Part shown: one piece after another, positions 58,908 to 64,000 of the stretch
How positions within the stretch are numbered: the stretch's first letter is position 1
Layout: each line of letters opens with the position of its first letter
Source of the DNA: Paraphysomonas bandaiensis
Taxonomy: Eukaryota > Protista > Chrysophyceae
Reading direction: 5' to 3'
Assembly (NCBI GenBank): GCA_965644295.1
Contig: CBFFRP010000255.1
Coordinates: forward strand, 186,001-250,000
DNA: 64,000 nucleotides
The notes under the pieces: generated by a model
Seen by the model: only the letters and a program-made list of their open reading frames with translations
The model's database searches: none
Told to the model about the DNA's origin: nothing
Position numbers and translations under genes: made by a program

Positions 58908-60455
58908 TTAATATGCAATGGATGTAGTATCCAATAAAACTATATCTGAAGTATCTACAGTGTACTGACGAAAAATTCTCCGAAATGAAACATCAGTGGC
59001 ATTCGCTGCTGCAGGAAAATTAGTATACCACCACTTAGACGCCACGGGAATATCGACTGTTTCTCGTAGCTGTTCGCCCGTGTACAGGTCCCAGGGGTCA
59101 TTAGCCAATACTCCACCAGCTTCATAGAATATACTGCTTTGTCCTTCCCTTTCTCCTCCATCTGCGACTTGTGGTACAATTGGCTCCCACTTGCTCGAAT
59201 TGGTTGAGTTAGTGTGTACACTAAATTCTACCCCACCAAACTCGAATAATAAGTGTCTATCATCAGCAAATGCGATCTGCTCTAGTACAATACTTTTTGT
59301 AAACTTTCCACTTCCCCCCGTATCACCGCTGTGGTCACTCGACACCCTTGCGAACTGCCACTCACCAGAAGAGATAGCGTCAGTAGCAAGCTCTGTATTC
59401 CGGGCAGAGTCAGTTTCCAGACGACCAGGAAACCATTCGTCTGTAGTGATGTCATAGCGGTACAACTGACCCATCACTGTTTGGCTAGCCTTGCACTTGG
59501 GTCCGCCGCAAGCACCACCACTACCTATTCCACCGTAAACGAGCAGGCCATCACCTCTTTGTGTTGGCACAAGATGTGCATGGTGTAGTGGAGGAGGCAA
59601 AAATCCTGAAAGTGAACCTGAGTTTGCTGAGCGCTGCTCCCAGGTAAATGTATCAAGATGGAAAGACCACATGTCATTGTATGTTATATGTGAATTGTGG
59701 TCCATACCGCCAAATACCCAGAGGTGACGGGCATAAATTGCACTCGCAAAATGCTGTCGCCCACTCGGCAAACTACTGCTACGAGTATTTGCCAAGGTCC
59801 ACGTGTGAAGCCTAATATCAAATATCCACACATCATTAACACTCGACACAGTAACACCAGAGTGTGAAGATTCTGCACGCCCGCCGAAGAGAAATATTCG
59901 CCCGTCAAGACTATGTAGAGAGTGTCCGGCACGCCTACTCGGCCACGATGAAGCTACTTGTGTAACAGATGCCCACTTTAACATTGATGGGTCAAACATA
60001 AAAAAATCATTCATCAAACCAAATTCAGAGACTCCCCCAAACATATACATAAGGTCGTCAACTCCTGTGCTAGCATGCTCTGCCCTTGCTGCAGGAACAC
60101 CACCCTCGAAACCAATTTGTAAATCAAAAACCGAGCCGTCGGTATACGTTCCCAATCTATCCACAACTTTTAGGGCACCATTGCAACATTCTAGTCGCGT
60201 TAAAGCACCAGTCCATGTTTGAAAACGAACGTCATACATATGTAAGTCATCCAAGTAATTCTCTTGTGCAGACACTCCACCATGAACGATAACATAGGGT
60301 TTAACATATGCAAGTGTATGATGAACTCTTGGGAGTGGCAAATCTCCACCGAAGTTATATAAATTACCTTCATTAATAAGACTGTCAACAGGGTAGAGGG
60401 CATCGCAGTACACAACACTCTCGCATAGCAGCACCAACAATAGACGCAACAGCAT
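58908..60455 (-). CDS. Secreted kelch-repeat protein
   Basis: Signal peptide MLLRLLLVLLCESVVYC; repeated R..H...(F/H)GG...ND.W.FD....W kelch units. Confidence 0.88.
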   Translation of the reverse strand: MLLRLLLVLLCESVVYCDALYPVDSLINEGNLYNFGGDLPLPRVHHTLAYVKPYVIVHGGVSAQENYLDDLHMYDVRFQTWTGALTRLECCNGALKVVDRLGTYTDGSVFDLQIGFEGGVPAARAEHASTGVDDLMYMFGGVSEFGLMNDFFMFDPSMLKWASVTQVASSWPSRRAGHSLHSLDGRIFLFGGRAESSHSGVTVSSVNDVWIFDIRLHTWTLANTRSSSLPSGRQHFASAIYARHLWVFGGMDHNSHITYNDMWSFHLDTFTWEQRSANSGSLSGFLPPPLHHAHLVPTQRGDGLLVYGGIGSGGACGGPKCKASQTVMGQLYRYDITTDEWFPGRLETDSARNTELATDAISSGEWQFARVSSDHSGDTGGSGKFTKSIVLEQIAFADDRHLLFEFGGVEFSVHTNSTNSSKWEPIVPQVADGGEREGQSSIFYEAGGVLANDPWDLYTGEQLRETVDIPVASKWWYTNFPAAANATDVSFRRIFRQYTVDTSDIVLLDTTSIAY

Positions 60456-60882
60456 GATACAATACTTCTCTGAAATTACATGGACATGCCCTCGTCGATA
60501 TCTAATCCAGTCATCAAGAGAGTGCAGCACTGTGGTTGCTGACTATATATGTATATATGTACCATATGCTGAGGAGCCACAACGGATCTTGCTTGGAGAA
60601 ACTGCTCCTTTTAATACGGGATGATAATACCGCGGTATTATTGACCCTCATACAAGCCGGTGTACTTGCAAACAGAGAATACACCAAACATGACCATTTT
60701 TTTGTGAGGGTGGACCGCCATATGAATGTACTACGAACTGTATATGTCGGTACTGTACCGCAGAAACTGGTAGGCACATGCCATGGATCAATTCTTCCCG
60801 CATCTTTGCACTGGCTGATTACGGCAGAGTTGAAAGGGGAAATATTTAATAGGGATCCCACTAGGAATCGGCGGACTGAGAT

Positions 60883-61746
60883 ATGCAATCTATAGGGAAT
60901 GTAGATTTCTATAGGGCCAGTGTGACTCTCTTCACTGTTGGTCTTGTTCTCCTTCTTGCGGTCGTGCCTTTATTAATAAAAGAAGCTAGTGGTCGGTTAT
61001 TTTCGGGGCTGTCAACGCTAACATCAGCCTACTTTTTTGCACTGGCAATATTAGGGTTACCAGGAATGACTTCGTACGAAGAATCTAATCTATATTTATC
61101 GCACTGCTTAATATTAGTCGGATGCTTCGTTATGTTACTTCTCCGCCACGCTGGGTTCGATTCGACAGTTACCATTCGTGACCAGGATAACAGTAGTGGT
61201 GATTACGCATCTCAAGATCCAGAGGTGGAAATGATGCTGCCAACAAGTTCCACCGAATCTGAAAATAAAAGTGCTAGTCCAGAAGTAGAGAACGCAAGTG
61301 GAACAGATGTACTGTATCGTGAAAGTAATACTTTAAATTGCTTGGCGTGTCTTGCAGCGTCAATTACTGTAAATTGTGTGGAAGGTATGCTACTTGGGTC
61401 GAAGCAGCATCGGGGCTACGGCGGACTCATTGCTGCTGCAGGAACCACAGGATGCGTGTCACTTGCCCTAGGAACATTACTTCTACAAAACGACGCTTTC
61501 ACCAAAGTATATACCCGTTTTATTGCGACACTAGCCTGCAGTTTTCCTGTTGGATTTATATTGGGCTCTCTTGATAGTGTTGGTTCTGTGTTCTCTACGC
61601 TGTATGCCGGTGTGTCGATTTCAAGAGGATTTTTACTTCAAATTGCTTTTATGACTATTTTGGCCTCTAGAACGCCATGGAACTACGGTGATATGGTAGC
61701 AATGATATTAGGAGGACTGATTGCGGTGGTATTATCGCTACTTTAG
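60883..61746 (+). CDS. Divergent ZIP (SLC39)-like membrane protein; upstream exons likely in 60565-60880
   Basis: Three TM segments, a polar loop, then five TM segments. TVNCVEGMLLG sits at the TM4 HsxxEGlalG position. Confidence 0.55.
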   Translation: MQSIGNVDFYRASVTLFTVGLVLLLAVVPLLIKEASGRLFSGLSTLTSAYFFALAILGLPGMTSYEESNLYLSHCLILVGCFVMLLLRHAGFDSTVTIRDQDNSSGDYASQDPEVEMMLPTSSTESENKSASPEVENASGTDVLYRESNTLNCLACLAASITVNCVEGMLLGSKQHRGYGGLIAAAGTTGCVSLALGTLLLQNDAFTKVYTRFIATLACSFPVGFILGSLDSVGSVFSTLYAGVSISRGFLLQIAFMTILASRTPWNYGDMVAMILGGLIAVVLSLL

Positions 61747-62243
61747 AATAATTGTTAGTGTATATGGTATATGGTCACGTATTTGATGTGGAGATGTCTT
61801 CACATTAGCTACATTAGTATATCAATAATAGCATTAACTTAATGCCATTAAGATTTAATAATATAGACGAATCGGGTTTCCTGGAATCTTCTATTTCTGA
61901 TAGCTAATGGGGACTACGTTGGGTTGCTTTGCAGTGTGTGTAATCTAAACCACAAGATAAAACATAAAAAGCTTTCCATCTCATTTCCTATTTAACAATT
62001 CAACCGTAATTGTCTATAGTTAACTTGAGTGTGTACTTTTACTACGAACGGTGTGATAATGAAGTCAAAGACCATCCAAATTCAACTTATGAAGAATTAT
62101 TACATTATTTCCGCAAAGCGCACATAAGATAATTCACAGCTCACATTAATCAAAATGGCAAGGAAAACTAAAGAATCCAAATATCCTCTCAAGCCACTGG
62201 AGACCGTGTTAGTCAAATGCACTATACATGTAAGACTAGATAT

Positions 62244-63181
62244 TTAGCCGAGAGTGGCGGCAACACCTAGCTTGTAGGCGCTAAGGTCACTGGAAGGAAC
62301 TTCCACAGAGGTATTGACGGAGCAATTGCTTGAAAGCATCTGCTTAACCGAGACAGCCACCTTTCCATTGGAGTCGACCTTACCCTTGATTGTGGTATCT
62401 GGGTTGCACTTGTAGGAGCCACCAATACGCAAAGAGGTAGTAGACTTCTCGGGTGCGAAGTTGAACACACCAGCAAGGGAGTACTTGCCACCAGCGAGGT
62501 AGGCGAGAGAAAGGGCGTAGTCCTTGAATTTATTGGTGACGTGAAGGCCAGCGAACATCTCCTTGGCAACGGAGTAGCTGCCGCAAAAGTCAATGCTCTT
62601 GAAATCCATCTTGTCCCCAAGGGAAAGAGAAGCGGAGGCACCACCAGCAAAAGGTCCCTGTCCAGCAAGGACGGAGCCCTTAACTGAAGAGAATTCGGCA
62701 ACGTCGAATTCAACAGCTGCGGTTGCCAGTTCGTTCTTATAAATGGCACCTAAGTCACCCTTGTTGGAATCGTCACCCTTGAACTCGAACTTAAGTCCAG
62801 GGGCAACACCTGTCAATGATGTCTCGACAACAACATTGCCACTATTTTTCATCTCCAACTTATCGACAGCGAAGCCTGAGGAATGGGCCCACTTCAATGA
62901 AACTTTACCACCAAGAGAGCATTTTCCGTCCTTGGATGTGTAGTCAGTGGTGGTAGTGAGTCCCTGTAAACATCATATAAGCTATTCAATCAAAACTTGA
63001 CAATTATATACTTACCACACCCTTAGGGGCCTTGGACTTGACCTTGAGTGTGTACTTGTAGTCAAAGTCCTCATCCAGAATGTCTGTGAATATATACTTG
63101 AGAAAACTATAGGAGAAAGGTGACAGGCATCAACCTACCTAAGGCGACTTTGTTGAAGTCCTTGAAAAGAGGGAGAGACAT
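62244..63181 (-). CDS. VDAC: Voltage-dependent anion channel (mitochondrial porin)
   Basis: MSLPLFKDFNKVALDILDEDFDYKYTLKVKS N-terminus, alternating beta strands, IKGKVDSNG, C-terminal KLGVAATLG; two 5' introns. Confidence 0.93.
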
Positions 63182-64000
63182 AGTTACTGTGTACGGGGTA
63201 ATCACTTCACCGAATACTAAGTAATGAGAGTGGGATGAGCAGGACTCAGCGAACAACTTATCGAAAAATCGAAAGCAAAAAACAATGCAACACACAAAAA
63301 GAAGCTTATAAGCCATTTGTTCCATCTTTCAAAACTGAACTCAAATCTTAGAGGGGTAAAGTTTATGTTTCAGTTTGAAATTTCTTCCTACAAGTGTTTC
63401 GGACATATGTAACATATGGAGGTTTACATAGAGAATCCATCGCATCTATACAGCAGTATATACACTGTATATAATTCTACGGTCAGACAGGATCTTGTAT
63501 GAGTAGATGGTGAGCGGTATTCGCCTGTATTACGATCCCCTCATCTGCTGTGAGCTCATAGCGTCCGCTCTCTCGGATCCTGCAGACTACATGAGCCCGA
63601 GTGCATTAACAGAGTAACCATACTTCAAACAAATCTTTGAGTAATGAATCTATCTAATTCAGAGGGAGATCATAGTTTTGGGGTGGAGATAATAAGCTAT
63701 GAGGTTAATGGGGACTTGAACTCCAGTGATAGTCATGTATTTGGGGTTCAGATTTGGGTGTGTCAGGATATATACACGATAAAGAGGAGCTACACTAATT
63801 TTTGTGATTTTGATTCAAGGCTACACAGGAAGTATCCCAAGTCAAATCTTCCGGAATGTCCTCTAGCGGGGTCGACGACCATCAAGCTGCTGAAATCCGT
63901 TGTTGGTAAATCCGTTGTAGGCACTAATAAGCGAACCTTCCTGAAGAAGGGCATGGACACCTCAGAGGTTGTTTCTCAAAAAAAGGTACCCCTCACAAAA

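Overview
Gene-dense eukaryotic DNA with short (~50-60 nt) GT-AG introns. The gene content suggests a flagellated protist, possibly a stramenopile (inference only). About 19 host protein-coding genes are present, arranged almost entirely as head-to-head pairs. They include an IQ/ankyrin protein, a BAR-SH3 protein, a myristoylated EF-hand protein with a 132-bp repeat, a SHOC1/Zip2-like meiotic gene, a LIM protein, an ABCC transporter, an SR splicing factor, LRRC45-, CHERP-, TMEM68- and AFG2-like genes, kelch, ZIP-like and VDAC. The tail-to-tail gaps hold mobile DNA. One is a very young LTR retrotransposon encoding only Gag-protease (apparently identical 581-bp LTRs, 4-bp TSD), nested in a hAT-type MITE; other MITEs are also present. 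The most interesting element is a ~500-bp non-coding retroposon family (5 copies retaining the 5' part plus 3' fragments; three have 11-15 bp TSDs). Its first ~95 nt fold like an HDV-type self-cleaving ribozyme and resemble the trypanosomatid ingi/L1Tc 5' signature (Pr77), making it a RIME/NARTc/SIDER-like ribozyme-headed SINE. All structure and homology calls were made by eye without searches. Exon boundaries are approximate.
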